64,000 nt of DNA from Escherichia phage JoYop, in sequence record OR769032.1. One strand, written 5' to 3'. The notes under the pieces are model-generated. The model saw only the letters and a program-made list of their open reading frames with translations, made no database searches and was not told the DNA's origin. Below, one piece after another: positions 1 to 9,876 of this stretch (position 1 is the stretch's first letter; each line of letters begins with the position of its first letter). Made by a program: the position numbers and the translations under genes.

Positions 1-650
1 ACATAATTCGCATGTTCACCTTCAAATTTAGCAGCACCTTGTTTACCTTTTGCCCAAAGCAGAAGTTTATAATTTCCTGGTTGCATTTTCATATTTGCCA
101 TATTGATAATGAAATTAAATGTATTTTCACCATCATAATCACCAAGAGTCAAAGAATATTTAACACGAGTCAAAGCAGAATCTTCTACTTTATTAAAACC
201 GTTAATTACGATTTTACCTTCTTTTACTGTGATAGCAATTGTATCAATCTGCAGACCACGAGATACACGCAACAGCTGTTGAAGGTCTTCAGCTTTAATT
301 TCAGTAACAACAGATGCTACCGGGAATGGAATTGGTTTATTAGGAGCAACTACTGTACTTGGATCGGCTGCTGGCCAAAAAATTGTTGAGCGGGCATCAG
401 CAATTTTAATATTTCCATCTTCTGACTGGGAAATTTCTGCATCATCATTAACTAAGGACAGAATACCAAGAAAACCGTTCAAATCGTAAATTGCTACATC
501 AAAATCAATAACGTCAGAAATATTTGCTTCCGCATAAGTTGTACCATTAACTGCGCGAGTCATAATAAATTGACCTGATTTAAGCATAATACCGGAGTTA
601 ATAGTAGCGAAATTTTTAAGCAGAGCAGTAGTATCTTTAGACAGTTTCAT
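1..650 (-). CDS. 45: DNA polymerase sliding clamp gp45 (partial; C-terminal end lies beyond window edge)
   Basis: Minus-strand translation from ATG at 648-650 reads MKLSKDTTALLKNFATINSGIMLKSGQFIMTRAV..., recognised as T4 gp45; ORF runs off position 1. Confidence 0.9.
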   Translation of the reverse strand, partial: MKLSKDTTALLKNFATINSGIMLKSGQFIMTRAVNGTTYAEANISDVIDFDVAIYDLNGFLGILSLVNDDAEISQSEDGNIKIADARSTIFWPAADPSTVVAPNKPIPFPVASVVTEIKAEDLQQLLRVSRGLQIDTIAITVKEGKIVINGFNKVEDSALTRVKYSLTLGDYDGENTFNFIINMANMKMQPGNYKLLLWAKGKQGAAKFEGEHANY

Positions 651-705
651 GTAATTTCCTTCAATTCAAATGAGATTTAATTTTATAACTAATTTAATAA
701 AGCAA

Positions 706-1095
706 TTAACGATTAAAATCAGAAGCAATTGTTTCTGCAACAATTTGAGCAGCAACAATTAGACGTTCATCTGCATTACCGCAATAATCATCTTCAAGGC
801 GTTCACCACATGAAGTCATAATAAATTTAGCACCAGCATTTAGGGATTCTGCAGTATGTTTACGCATTAGTTCAATCCATTTATCACTTACTTCACGATC
901 GATAGCTTCATAATACGCATGACGAGCTGGAGCAGATTTAATTTTATCCTGAATAATTTCCATTGCGTTTTCAGAAAGAGACAAAACCCATGCTCGACGA
1001 ATTTTATTTTGGTTTTGCGGATTTGAGTCAGAACGCACGTGTTTTGGCTGAATATCTTTTACATCAACGTTATAATTCACAGTAATTTTAGTCAT
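706..1095 (-). CDS. rpbA: RNA polymerase-binding protein RpbA-like
   Basis: 129-aa ORF with ATG start directly downstream of gene 45, matching size and position of T4 rpbA; assigned by synteny. Confidence 0.55.
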   Translation of the reverse strand: MTKITVNYNVDVKDIQPKHVRSDSNPQNQNKIRRAWVLSLSENAMEIIQDKIKSAPARHAYYEAIDREVSDKWIELMRKHTAESLNAGAKFIMTSCGERLEDDYCGNADERLIVAAQIVAETIASDFNR

Positions 1096-1104
1096 AATAC
1101 ACCT

Positions 1105-1293
1105 TTAGTCATAATAATCAGTAACAGTCCAAGCTTCATTTCTGTTGGACATTATTTTTGTATATTCTGATTTAAATGCATTCTTAAGCATAGATTCAGT
1201 AACTATATGCTCTTCATTAGAAAAATTATTTCTCAGAATATATCGTTTTATTTCAGGAAAAGTTAATAAATGCTGTCCAGTTGAATATTCCAT
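1105..1293 (-). CDS. hypothetical small protein (T4 45.2 position)
   Basis: 62-aa ORF, ATG start with GGAGG Shine-Dalgarno upstream. Confidence 0.45.
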   Translation of the reverse strand: MEYSTGQHLLTFPEIKRYILRNNFSNEEHIVTESMLKNAFKSEYTKIMSNRNEAWTVTDYYD

Positions 1294-1348
1294 GTTTTTC
1301 CTCCATAGAGATTATACTCTAATAAATTAAAGCATAATCTCTTGTAAA

Positions 1349-3031
1349 TTAAGCCATTACAGTAAATCGACCAACTTTCTTCATTTGAAGATGCTGACCA
1401 TATTCTTGTGGGTCATGGTCTTTATGCGAAATTATAAAAACATTAGTATTTTTCATTGAATTTATAATATTCGCTACACCTTTAATACCTTCGGCATCAA
1501 ATGACCCATCAAACACTTCATCGAGTATTAATGTACTAATACTAACACCAGATACAATAGAAGCAATATCACGCCAAGTAAATAAAAGAGCAATATCAAT
1601 TCTTGCCTTTTCACCTTCACTAAATGAAGCATAACTAAAATCTTCACGACCGCGGGATTTAATTGTCTCATTAAATTCTTCATCTAATGTAAACACATAA
1701 TCCGCTTCCATTATTTTAAGATAATGGTTAATCTGCTTATTGAATAATGGAATGTACTTTTTAATAATAGCACCTTTAATACCAGAATCTTTGAGCATAT
1801 CAGTCAAAATTCCTCGGTGGTATTTTTCCATTACTAAATTAGTTTTTGTCTTAACAATTTTATCAAGTTCTTCTTGAAGCAGTGCTATTTCATCAGCATG
1901 GTCAATAAACTCAGAAGATGCTTTTTCTATAGCCGCTTTAACCTTTTTAGCTTTATCTACCGTCGTGATTAAAGATTGCTTTTTATTGCGAATATCATTT
2001 GCCAACGACTGCTGGGTTTTAATATTATCTCGATATTCATCAACAAGAACTTTTAAATTATCACGATGTGTTGAAAGCTGTTCAAACGAATGCGTGCATT
2101 CAGAAACTTTATCTTTAATTTTAGAAACAACTTTGTCACCGGAACTTAATTGTGACAAACAGGTTGGACATAATCCACCTTCGTGATACATATTAATGAC
2201 TTTATTATACGAGTCAATTTTTGATTTAATTAAAAATGCTTCTTGACCGATTTTATTAAATGCATCAGTCGGGTCTTCATCTAAAACAATATTAACTAAT
2301 CTTTCATTAGCTTCTTCAATTTCTGATTTTAGCGTTCTAGCTTCTTTTGCTAAATCATCATACATATTCTGCAGACGAGTAAGGTTGTCACCAGTTAATT
2401 TTTTCTGGCGTTCAACGTTATCATTATATATTTTAATTTGTTGGATAATACTATCTTTTTTAACGTCAAGCACTTGGTTTTGTGAATTTAATTCACGTAT
2501 TAGTGCTTTATTAAGCTTATCCATTTCAGCTAATGTTCCTACCTCGAGCAGGTCTTCCACAAGCTTTCTTCGCGCAGGGGTCGACAAACCCATGAAAGGG
2601 GTATACCCTGCTGTACCAAGGACAACAATCTGCTTGAAACTGGCATATGACATTCCGATAAGCTGTTCAAATTCTGCTTGGAAATCTTTACTGCTGGCAG
2701 ATTCATTAAGACGTGTACCGTTAACGGTGATTTCGAAAACGTTTGGTTTTTGTCCTCTTTTGATATAGTACTTTTTCTCATCATATTCCATCCACAGTTC
2801 AACTAAAAGTTCTTTCTTATTTGTGCTGTTTATTAATTGGCCTTTCTTTACATCGCGAAATGGCTTGCCAAAAAGCCCAAATGTGATGGCTTCTAACATA
2901 GTAGACTTACCACCGCCATTTCGTCCAGTAATAAGAGTTTTTTGAACCTTATCTAATTGAATGTCAATAGGATTTTGTCCAACTGACATTATATTTTTAT
3001 ATTTTACTCTGTTAAGTTTAAAATTCTTCAC
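1349..3031 (-). CDS. 46: Recombination endonuclease subunit gp46 (Rad50/SbcC-like ATPase)
   Basis: 560 aa; Walker A GRNGGGKST, CPTC zinc-hook-like motif, long coiled-coil middle; first codon appears to be GTG. Confidence 0.9.
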   Translation of the reverse strand: MKNFKLNRVKYKNIMSVGQNPIDIQLDKVQKTLITGRNGGGKSTMLEAITFGLFGKPFRDVKKGQLINSTNKKELLVELWMEYDEKKYYIKRGQKPNVFEITVNGTRLNESASSKDFQAEFEQLIGMSYASFKQIVVLGTAGYTPFMGLSTPARRKLVEDLLEVGTLAEMDKLNKALIRELNSQNQVLDVKKDSIIQQIKIYNDNVERQKKLTGDNLTRLQNMYDDLAKEARTLKSEIEEANERLVNIVLDEDPTDAFNKIGQEAFLIKSKIDSYNKVINMYHEGGLCPTCLSQLSSGDKVVSKIKDKVSECTHSFEQLSTHRDNLKVLVDEYRDNIKTQQSLANDIRNKKQSLITTVDKAKKVKAAIEKASSEFIDHADEIALLQEELDKIVKTKTNLVMEKYHRGILTDMLKDSGIKGAIIKKYIPLFNKQINHYLKIMEADYVFTLDEEFNETIKSRGREDFSYASFSEGEKARIDIALLFTWRDIASIVSGVSISTLILDEVFDGSFDAEGIKGVANIINSMKNTNVFIISHKDHDPQEYGQHLQMKKVGRFTVMA

Positions 3032-3291
3032 AAAAGATTCCTTTTAATGTATCTTTTAGACCATTCTATCATATCATCATAATCTAAAAAGTATTCATCA
3101 AATTCAGCCATACAAACAACGCCTTGTGCTGCTTTTGATGTGATATAAATTATTCCAACATATCTAGAATCTTCTTCGGTGTAATCAATATTTGCTATGA
3201 ATTCATCATTAATGTCAAATGTCGAAAACTTCACAGTATGCATCCTTAATACAAGATACAGCCATATCTTGTAATGATTTAGGTGTATCAT
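3028..3291 (-). CDS. hypothetical protein (46.1 position); start uncertain, possibly internal ATG at 3243
   Basis: ORF between genes 46 and 47; overlaps the upstream ORF in another frame. Confidence 0.35.
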   Translation of the reverse strand: MIHLNHYKIWLYLVLRMHTVKFSTFDINDEFIANIDYTEEDSRYVGIIYITSKAAQGVVCMAEFDEYFLDYDDMIEWSKRYIKRNLL

Positions 3292-3478
3292 TATCTAAAA
3301 TGTTGAAGTTAAAAGATACAGCCCAGTCAGTGCAGACTGTAACCTTTTTAATACAATTATCTTCAACCTCTAGCGGTTCAAACCAGTATTCAATAATATC
3401 TTTATGACCAATATCATCTTTTACTTCGCATTCAAAATGCTGACTCATCATAACATTTTTAAATTCATCAAAAGTCAT
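3215..3478 (-). CDS. hypothetical protein (46.2 position)
   Basis: 87-aa ORF immediately downstream of gene 47. Confidence 0.4.
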   Translation of the reverse strand: MTFDEFKNVMMSQHFECEVKDDIGHKDIIEYWFEPLEVEDNCIKKVTVCTDWAVSFNFNILDNDTPKSLQDMAVSCIKDAYCEVFDI

Positions 3479-4494
3479 TGTGTTGCCTCTACATATAACT
3501 GATTTGCATATTGAATAAGTGCTTCACGGTCAGAATCAGTGATGTCTGGAATTGCATTAATATACTCTTCCATCAACGTCTGAAGCGATTGAACTTCAAC
3601 TTCTTCACTATCATCTGACTCGACAGAGTTATCAATCTTTGACACAACTCGTAATGAATGCACAACTTTTTCTAGCTCAGATTCGAACTTCGTCAGATTT
3701 TTGTCTACCTCAGTTACTATAACACGTACTGATAGATTTGTAAAATCTTTATAATCAATTTTTCCCTTAAATGGATATTGAATTCGACGATGCCAAGTAG
3801 TATTGTTTGGAATAAATTCCATTCGTTCTGTTTCTGTGTCAAACATCCAGAACCCACGAGGGTCATTCTCGTCACCTGCAGTTAGTGTCCATGGTGTCCC
3901 AATATATTTGACGTTTGCAGCCTCAGAAATAGTATGGAAGTGACCAGACCACACTTCTTTATAAGTCTTAAGGAAATCAGGTTCAAGACCGTGAGATTTC
4001 ATTCCTTTATAAAAATAAAATCCATTCAGTTCCCAGTGACCGACACAAAAAGAAGCAGATGAAGTTTTGATATGCTCAAGAATTTCACCAGTATTTTCTT
4101 CGCACATCCAAGGAATCAAATCAATCAAACATCCGTCAAAATCTACTGTAGTAGGCTTATCATATACTTTAACATTAGGATATTTAGCCAAAAGCTCAGT
4201 AGAGGCATTTGGAGTTAAAGTATTTTTGAAGTGCATATCATGGTTTCCTACAATAGTATGTAGGGTAATACCAGCATCATCAAGCATTTGAACTATTTCA
4301 CGAGCGAACTCCATAGTTTTATGCGTGATTGCTTTTCGCACATCAAAAATATCGCCGTATTGAATCCAGGTAGTAATTCCATTTTTCTTAGAATATTCTA
4401 TAGCTTGCTTAATTCCATCCAGCTGAATGGATTGAACCCACTCATCATCGGCTTTAACGCCTAAATGCCAATCACCTAAATTTAAAATTTTCAT
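3475..4494 (-). CDS. 47: Recombination endonuclease subunit gp47 (Mre11/SbcD-like phosphoesterase)
   Basis: 339 aa; calcineurin-like phosphoesterase motifs GDWHLG, GDIFD, GNHD; ATG start. Confidence 0.9.
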   Translation of the reverse strand: MKILNLGDWHLGVKADDEWVQSIQLDGIKQAIEYSKKNGITTWIQYGDIFDVRKAITHKTMEFAREIVQMLDDAGITLHTIVGNHDMHFKNTLTPNASTELLAKYPNVKVYDKPTTVDFDGCLIDLIPWMCEENTGEILEHIKTSSASFCVGHWELNGFYFYKGMKSHGLEPDFLKTYKEVWSGHFHTISEAANVKYIGTPWTLTAGDENDPRGFWMFDTETERMEFIPNNTTWHRRIQYPFKGKIDYKDFTNLSVRVIVTEVDKNLTKFESELEKVVHSLRVVSKIDNSVESDDSEEVEVQSLQTLMEEYINAIPDITDSDREALIQYANQLYVEATQ

Positions 4495-4629
4495 ATATCA
4501 AGAACCGTCATTGAAATGCAAAATAAAATTATTGAAATAAATCCATCTGGAGTGTTAAAAAACCCAATCCAACATGCTCTAGCGAATAGATAAAATGCAA
4601 GAAAAAGTATCACATATCCAAGAAATATC

Positions 4630-4654
4630 ATTATATCAAACTCCGTATAAAGCT
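4630..4654 (-). promoter_or_regulatory. candidate MotA-dependent middle promoter upstream of genes 47/46
   Basis: Minus strand reads AGCTTTA (MotA-box-like) then 12 nt then TATAAT. Confidence 0.35.
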
Positions 4655-4672
4655 AAAGGGCCGAAGCCCTTT
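4653..4672 (-). terminator. intrinsic terminator hairpin after a-gt
   Basis: AAGGGC-TTCG-GCCCTT stem-loop right after the a-gt stop, followed by U-rich tract. Confidence 0.5.
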
Positions 4673-5873
4673 ATTTTGTAATAATGTCAAACTGTTCTTT
4701 AAAACAGAAGCTTGAATCTTGGTGCTGATACAAAAATTCATAAGCTTTTTCACGTTCACGATCATAAAGAGCTCGGTCAGATGACAGTTCTTTAATTCGT
4801 TCAAATGTTGATTCCATGTCATTTTCATCAAACCAAACGATACCGCTATCATGCGAAATTAACGGAGTATTATCAACACGGAATTTTAAATTTTCGCCAG
4901 TAGATTTCCAAAATACCGGAATTGTTCCGCACGCACCAAGCTCGAGATGAGTATATTCTAAAGAACGTTGTAGATATTTTTTGTCCAACTTACTCAGCTG
5001 ATAACCAAATCCGGATTTACTCATGCGTTCAAGCATTTCGCTATTTACATAACGGTCAAGAATTTGCGTTGGCAAATTAGGAGCAATTTTAATTTGGTCT
5101 ACTTGATGAAGACGATAATACTCGTATGGAATTCCTTTTTCTTTAATAGGAATGAATGCCGGAGAACGTTCCAGACCTTCCATAATAGTACTTAGTCCTG
5201 CAGGTTTAAGATGTTTTTCGTGAAAATCAAACATCTGATAAAAACCTTTCCACGTAGTTGTACGACCAATCCAACGGTTGATATTCATGTTAATTTCAGA
5301 AACATCTTTCCAGTAAGTTGATCGAACCTTCGCAATATCCATAGGAGGCTGAAAGTTATATACGGTCGGTGCTTCTTCAATATCATCAAACAAAGAAACT
5401 GTTTCTGGATACCATTCTTTCATCAAAACTTTATTAAAGTCACCATTATCAGAATGACTAAAAATAACATCAGCTCGACGAACAGTTTCTTCTAATCCCA
5501 AATTTCGGCGTAAAGAAAGAGAAGAATGGTCATGTTGATAAACTACAACACGAACAGAAGGTTTAATGTTATCAATAATTTTTTTATAGTTATTAATTGT
5601 GTCTTCTTCAACTGAAGTAGCAGGAACTGAATTGATAACTAGAATATCACAATCATTTACCAGCTTAAGTGTTTTATCGTATTCTTTTGCCAATAAAACT
5701 GGAATTGAAAATGACTTATAATCATGCGCGCAATTACGAGTAAATGATTTATCTTTAGCATAAACCAAAGTTACTTCATGACCATTTTTAATAAACCAAT
5801 CACGCTGCTCAAGAGAAAATTTAGTTACGCCACAACCTTCAAGACCTCGAGCCATAAAAATGCATACTTTCAT
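4671..5873 (-). CDS. a-gt: DNA alpha-glucosyltransferase
   Basis: 400-aa ORF MKVCIFMARGLEGCGVTKFSLEQRDWFIKNGHEVTLVYAKDK... recognised as T4 alpha-glucosyltransferase; located after gene 47. Confidence 0.8.
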   Translation of the reverse strand: MKVCIFMARGLEGCGVTKFSLEQRDWFIKNGHEVTLVYAKDKSFTRNCAHDYKSFSIPVLLAKEYDKTLKLVNDCDILVINSVPATSVEEDTINNYKKIIDNIKPSVRVVVYQHDHSSLSLRRNLGLEETVRRADVIFSHSDNGDFNKVLMKEWYPETVSLFDDIEEAPTVYNFQPPMDIAKVRSTYWKDVSEINMNINRWIGRTTTWKGFYQMFDFHEKHLKPAGLSTIMEGLERSPAFIPIKEKGIPYEYYRLHQVDQIKIAPNLPTQILDRYVNSEMLERMSKSGFGYQLSKLDKKYLQRSLEYTHLELGACGTIPVFWKSTGENLKFRVDNTPLISHDSGIVWFDENDMESTFERIKELSSDRALYDREREKAYEFLYQHQDSSFCFKEQFDIITK

Positions 5874-5925
5874 TTAATATCCTCATTGTTTTGGTTTATT
5901 TTACCAAAAATTTATAAAGCAATAT

Positions 5926-5939
5926 AGGAGCCGAAGCTC
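5926..5939 (-). terminator. GC-rich hairpin (GGAGC-TTCG-GCTCC) upstream of a-gt; terminator or RNA processing structure
   Basis: Perfect inverted repeat with tetraloop in a 240-bp intergenic region. Confidence 0.3.
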
Positions 5940-6116
5940 CTATCCGCATAATACGCCATACAGAGGCTCATTAGAACTTCTAAATTTTATACGCTTATAT
6001 TTTATAGTTCCTTCTGCTTTAGCTTTATCATGAGACTCTTTAAAGCGTCTCATCATTTCTTCTTTAGAGGAACGAATTTTATTATAATCTATTTCAGAGG
6101 TCTGGGCGTTCATCTT

Positions 6117-6320
6117 TCACAGTTGCCACCATTTTTTGACTTGATAAGAATCAACCCACACTTTCATATTAGGGTCTGCTCTTACAATAGGAGGATTAAC
6201 TTCTTTAATTGAACTATCATGGTATTCTTTTTCAGAAATTTTCACACAAAGATGACCATTCAAAGATTCAGTAAATCCTGCATTAATTTTAAGACGCTTG
6301 AATTTTACGTGTGTAAGCAT
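6117..6320 (-). CDS. hypothetical small protein; weak call
   Basis: ORF track start is TTG; nearest ATG at 6320; overlaps next ORF by about 30 nt. Confidence 0.3.
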   Translation of the reverse strand: MLTHVKFKRLKINAGFTESLNGHLCVKISEKEYHDSSIKEVNPPIVRADPNMKVWVDSYQVKKWWQL

Positions 6321-6606
6321 CAATCATATCCTCAATCTGTGATCTAGTAGTCTTCCAAAGAATACTAATGAGTTCATCGTTATATGGCTGTTTAAGAATA
6401 TCCCGACTTTTCTTGATAGCATATTCGTACTGAGCAAAATTATTATTTTCAGCTGCAATCTGAGCGTGCTTGTAAAGACGGTTCAGTTCGCGTTTGTTTT
6501 TAGACAATAACTTGTTTGCTTTTCTTTCTGCTTCAAGACGGTTCTTTTCTTCAATAGAAGAAATAAGCTTTTCCACTTCATCATTAATTTCGGGTTTATC
6601 AGTCAT
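6289..6606 (-). CDS. hypothetical protein, coiled-coil rich
   Basis: 105-aa ORF, ATG start. Confidence 0.5.
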   Translation of the reverse strand: MTDKPEINDEVEKLISSIEEKNRLEAERKANKLLSKNKRELNRLYKHAQIAAENNNFAQYEYAIKKSRDILKQPYNDELISILWKTTRSQIEDMIDAYTRKIQAS

Positions 6607-6607
6607 A

Positions 6608-6826
6608 TTATTTCTCTAATATAAAATAAAAATCATCATCTGTTAAATGATACCGATAGTTTAATTCTACACCATTAGATTTAAAAGCGGTATCATACGG
6701 ATTTTCTGGGTCAATATCAATGTCAAGAGCTAAAACTTCCCTGAGATACATTTTAAGTAAATAGGGAATAGCTTCAACTTCAGGTATTTCTTCCAAGAAT
6801 CCGGAGAGGTTAATCGTTAGCCTCAT
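6608..6826 (-). CDS. hypothetical protein
   Basis: 72-aa ORF, ATG start, immediately downstream of gene 55. Confidence 0.5.
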
Positions 6827-7367
6827 ATAAAAAATCCAAACTAGGAGAATCGTCTACAACACTTTTCTTTTCAGCCCCCGGTGTTCTATAGGTTGATTCT
6901 TCGTAATGCGTCATTTTATCGTAGATATCTTGAATAAAAGTTTCATCTACTAACGCAACCATATCGTCGTCACGACTGTCATAGACATTGTGAACGAAGT
7001 AACTATATTTCTTTGCAACTTCCTTACGCTCTTTTTTAATACGTTGGACGAATGCATTAAAACAAGCTTGAGTTATATATGCATGTGGGTTTTTATATTT
7101 CGTTTCATCAAAATTATGAAGCCCCTTAATAGAAGCTTCTATACCATCTGCAATCATTTCTTGTTTCCAAGACTGGGTGTATCCTGAAAAGTTGAAACGT
7201 TTAGATAAGCCTTCTGCAATAAGCATAATGGCTAATCCGATAGTATCATTCTGACGAACTACTTTATTTGGGTCTTTATTATTTGCTAATTCTGTTTTCC
7301 AATCAATAATAGCTTGTAAAAGCTCTTTATTGTTTACGTAATTATATTTAGGCTTAGTTTCTGACAT
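6810..7367 (-). CDS. 55: Late-transcription sigma factor gp55
   Basis: Protein [33 protein letters not shown]... recognised as T4 gp55 (185 aa); track start at 7373 is GTG, true start taken as ATG at 7367 with SD. Confidence 0.9.
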
Positions 7368-7404
7368 TTTCACCTCTTAGCTCAATTCATAGATCTATTA
7401 TATC

Positions 7405-7433
7405 ATAATATTTGAAGACCTATCTTAAAGCAT
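7405..7433 (-). promoter_or_regulatory. candidate middle promoter upstream of gene 55
   Basis: Minus strand TATGCTTTA (MotA box) about 15 nt upstream of TATTAT. Confidence 0.3.
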
Positions 7434-7445
7434 AGAGGATATCAG

Positions 7446-7715
7446 TTATCTAAGTAAGCAGTATGCTTGGAACACTTTCTCCATCATCTTTTTAAATTCA
7501 TGAATATCTATATAATGACTAGTTAAATCAGCATGATATAAAAAGTCTAAAAACTTTTCATGTGTGCTAACATATTCACTTTCATTTAATTCAGAAACAT
7601 GACTTTCCCAATATCCAACACCAGTCTTATTTGGGAAAAATGAAATTTTCATGTATTGGTCAACATAGAAAATTCCATAATTTTCAATAGTAATAGAAAT
7701 ATTAATTAATTTCAT
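7446..7715 (-). CDS. hypothetical protein (55.x cluster)
   Basis: 89-aa ORF, ATG start. Confidence 0.45.
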   Translation of the reverse strand: MKLINISITIENYGIFYVDQYMKISFFPNKTGVGYWESHVSELNESEYVSTHEKFLDFLYHADLTSHYIDIHEFKKMMEKVFQAYCLLR

Positions 7716-7927
7716 GCATTCATCAACTTAGCCGCTCCAAGAGCTGCATCTAGTGAATCAAATTGGTCAACATATTCAATCAATTCGCCGTAATTGGCGT
7801 ATAACCACCATTGATTGAATTCATACTCAAGGATGAATCCATTTCCTTCAATTTGAGTTAAACCAATGCCATTTGTATTTACTTCATATCCAGCAAGGCG
7901 TAAATCGTTAATAAGAGCTTCGTTCAT
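7712..7927 (-). CDS. hypothetical protein (55.x cluster)
   Basis: 71-aa ORF, ATG start, 4-nt overlap with neighbour. Confidence 0.45.
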   Translation of the reverse strand: MNEALINDLRLAGYEVNTNGIGLTQIEGNGFILEYEFNQWWLYANYGELIEYVDQFDSLDAALGAAKLMNA

Positions 7928-7929
7928 AA

Positions 7930-8256
7930 TTATGCCTTAGTAATTTTCAGGTCTGCAAATTTTTTCTTGCGTTGATTTTTCATGCGACGAATAGTTTTAT
8001 CAGAAATTTCATGCTTTTGATAAGCTTTCGATTCTACACCAAAGGCTTTAACATCAAATTCTGACAAGATATATTGAACCAGCAATTCACGGACAGTATT
8101 GCGTCCAATCTTCTGATCATTCTGTTTCATCGTCTGATGAAGCTCTTTTTCCCAGTTATCCAAAATTTGAGGAGTTACAATATCGCCTTTTTCTAGCAAA
8201 GAAACTACTTTATCATATGCATAAGAATTAATGGCGTTTTTAATTTGAATAGTCAT
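7930..8256 (-). CDS. hypothetical protein (55.x cluster)
   Basis: 108-aa ORF, ATG start. Confidence 0.45.
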   Translation of the reverse strand: MTIQIKNAINSYAYDKVVSLLEKGDIVTPQILDNWEKELHQTMKQNDQKIGRNTVRELLVQYILSEFDVKAFGVESKAYQKHEISDKTIRRMKNQRKKKFADLKITKA

Positions 8257-8294
8257 ACATTATCCTCAATTGCGTTAAAATTTTATTATCCAAA

Positions 8295-8310
8295 AAGGGC
8301 CGAAGCCCTT
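8295..8310 (-). terminator. intrinsic terminator hairpin
   Basis: AAGGGC-TTCG-GCCCTT followed by TTTTTGG on minus strand. Confidence 0.5.
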
Positions 8311-8509
8311 AGCTAAACTGTTTGGCGCCCTTCCAGCCTTCGTACATCATTGCAGCTGATATTAATATTGCTCCTGCGCATTTTGAATATTTGTGATTCC
8401 AAAACCAGTTCAGAAAAACTTCGTCATCAATACCTTGGGCTATCATATTTTCAAAGAACTGACGACGAGCTTCGGCAATTCGTTGTGATAATTTAGATTC
8501 AGGATTCAT
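8309..8509 (-). CDS. hypothetical protein
   Basis: 66-aa ORF, ATG start. Confidence 0.45.
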   Translation of the reverse strand: MNPESKLSQRIAEARRQFFENMIAQGIDDEVFLNWFWNHKYSKCAGAILISAAMMYEGWKGAKQFS

Positions 8510-8644
8510 TTAAATTTTCCAGTTACCATTTTCATCAATAAATTTAATCCAGTCATTTACTGACCACTTAGTTGTATCACCTTTTGGAGTAACATTTAAA
8601 GTGTATAACCCCTGCTTAAAAAGCATTCGTTTGATATTCATATT
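8510..8644 (-). CDS. hypothetical small protein (44 aa)
   Basis: Track ORF 8510-8725 starts at TTG and overlaps upstream gene; first ATG with GAGGAAAAT SD is at 8644. Confidence 0.35.
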   Translation of the reverse strand, partial: NMNIKRMLFKQGLYTLNVTPKGDTTKWSVNDWIKFIDENGNWKI

Positions 8645-8648
8645 TTCC

Positions 8649-8942
8649 TCAGCTGTAACGATAACACTCGTTTGATTTACGTTTAGCAACTCGTTGAGAA
8701 GTATTATAATCAAAATCATCATCAATGTAAATTGATTTTTTCAACTTTCTTACTTCACCACGTAATTGGCGATTTAGCTCATCTTTAACTTCTGAATCAA
8801 TGCCTTTCATTCTACGCCATTTATCTGAGCGAAAAATGTTTTCAACCATATCTTTATGACTTACACCATCAGGAGCTTTACGCTTTCCGAAATAGTCATA
8901 ATCACGAACTTTCAAGTCTTTACGACGATACGTTTTACCCAT
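8649..8942 (-). CDS. hypothetical basic protein
   Basis: Track start is GTG; ATG at 8942 preceded by AAGGAAA SD. Confidence 0.4.
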   Translation of the reverse strand: MGKTYRRKDLKVRDYDYFGKRKAPDGVSHKDMVENIFRSDKWRRMKGIDSEVKDELNRQLRGEVRKLKKSIYIDDDFDYNTSQRVAKRKSNECYRYS

Positions 8943-9117
8943 GGAGTTTAATTTCCTTAGCAACTGAACTAAATACAGCACGGTCACAAATCATCTGTTT
9001 ATTTAACTTAAGTATAAGATAATAAACTTCAAAACCGTTTACATAAGTAACACGAACAACATTACCATTAATAAGATAATATTGTCCCTTTTTAATTTCT
9101 TTATCAACCACAACCAT
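8935..9117 (-). CDS. hypothetical small protein
   Basis: 60-aa ORF, ATG start, first gene downstream of an early promoter. Confidence 0.4.
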   Translation of the reverse strand: MVVVDKEIKKGQYYLINGNVVRVTYVNGFEVYYLILKLNKQMICDRAVFSSVAKEIKLHG

Positions 9118-9147
9118 ATCAATTCCTCAAAGGCAATTCATATGTTA

Positions 9148-9177
9148 ATAATACCACGGTTTGAACTCGTTGTAAAC
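9148..9177 (-). promoter_or_regulatory. T4-type early promoter
   Basis: Minus strand GTTTACA-(18 nt)-TGG-TATTAT. Confidence 0.55.
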
Positions 9178-9256
9178 AACTTTGTGAAAATTTTTAGGGA
9201 ATGATAAGAAGGGAACGATAGCTTAGAATGGTAATATACAGAATGTGAGAAAGAAA

Positions 9257-9270
9257 GGCCCAGAGGGCCC
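9257..9270 (-). terminator. intrinsic terminator after nrdH
   Basis: GGGCC-TCTG-GGCC hairpin followed by TTTCTTTCT on minus strand. Confidence 0.45.
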
Positions 9271-9273
9271 GTC

Positions 9274-9582
9274 TTAGTCTTCTATGATATCTCTATCATA
9301 TCCAAGTGAAATGAGAGTTTCTTTGAAGTGTTTAATGTTCTTTTGTCTAGAATCATTAATGAAAATGACTGGATAACGAATGTTAAGAGATGTGAATCCA
9401 GCGCGTTTAGCAAGAGATACAATCAGCGGACGATCATACTCAATCTTACCGTTATTTGTAAGAACTTTATAGAAAGTAAAAGGAGCATTAAGCTCCTTTA
9501 GAAGTTTTGTAACTGATTGACATCCAGGACAACGACCTACTTCTTCAGGGATACCATAAATCTCAATTAAGTTTTGACCCAC
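9274..9582 (-). CDS. nrdH: Glutaredoxin-like protein NrdH
   Basis: 102 aa with CPGC redox motif near N-terminus; lies next to nrdG/nrdD; start codon appears to be GTG. Confidence 0.6.
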   Translation of the reverse strand: MGQNLIEIYGIPEEVGRCPGCQSVTKLLKELNAPFTFYKVLTNNGKIEYDRPLIVSLAKRAGFTSLNIRYPVIFINDSRQKNIKHFKETLISLGYDRDIIED

Positions 9583-9874
9583 AGGAAATTACCCCCTGAT
9601 AGTTCCAGGTTTTTAGAACTTCTTCGCAAACAGCTTCTTCATCAACGGTTTCATAAGGAACATAAACCTGGATAAGGAATCCGGTATCGTCGAAGCTGAA
9701 ATAAACTGTAGGCTTAATACCATGAATCTCAGACAATGCATAGATGTCTTTAAGGTCGTCTTCTTTACCCACAAAGAACTCTGGATTCAGGTCACAATCA
9801 TGGAAATACCATTCATCACCGAACTTGTCCCATGCATTCCAGTTTGTTACAACATATTCTTCAAATCTAATCAT
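9563..9874 (-). CDS. hypothetical protein
   Basis: 103-aa ORF, ATG start. Confidence 0.45.
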   Translation of the reverse strand: MIRFEEYVVTNWNAWDKFGDEWYFHDCDLNPEFFVGKEDDLKDIYALSEIHGIKPTVYFSFDDTGFLIQVYVPYETVDEEAVCEEVLKTWNYQGVISCGSKLN

Positions 9875-9876
9875 AA

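Noticed and set aside
4631-4852. 73-aa minus-strand ORF overlapping the 3' end of a-gt
   Set aside because: Overlaps the a-gt coding region in another frame and runs through the terminator hairpin; a-gt is strongly supported.
5939-6113. Apparent small minus-strand ORF in the 240-bp gap upstream of a-gt
   Set aside because: Careful codon-by-codon reading hits a stop after 24 codons; the region is more likely regulatory (contains a GC hairpin).
7368-7373. Track start of gene 55 (protein beginning MKMSETK)
   Set aside because: The first codon is GTG; the ATG two codons downstream has a better Shine-Dalgarno and gives the 185-aa gp55 beginning MSETK.
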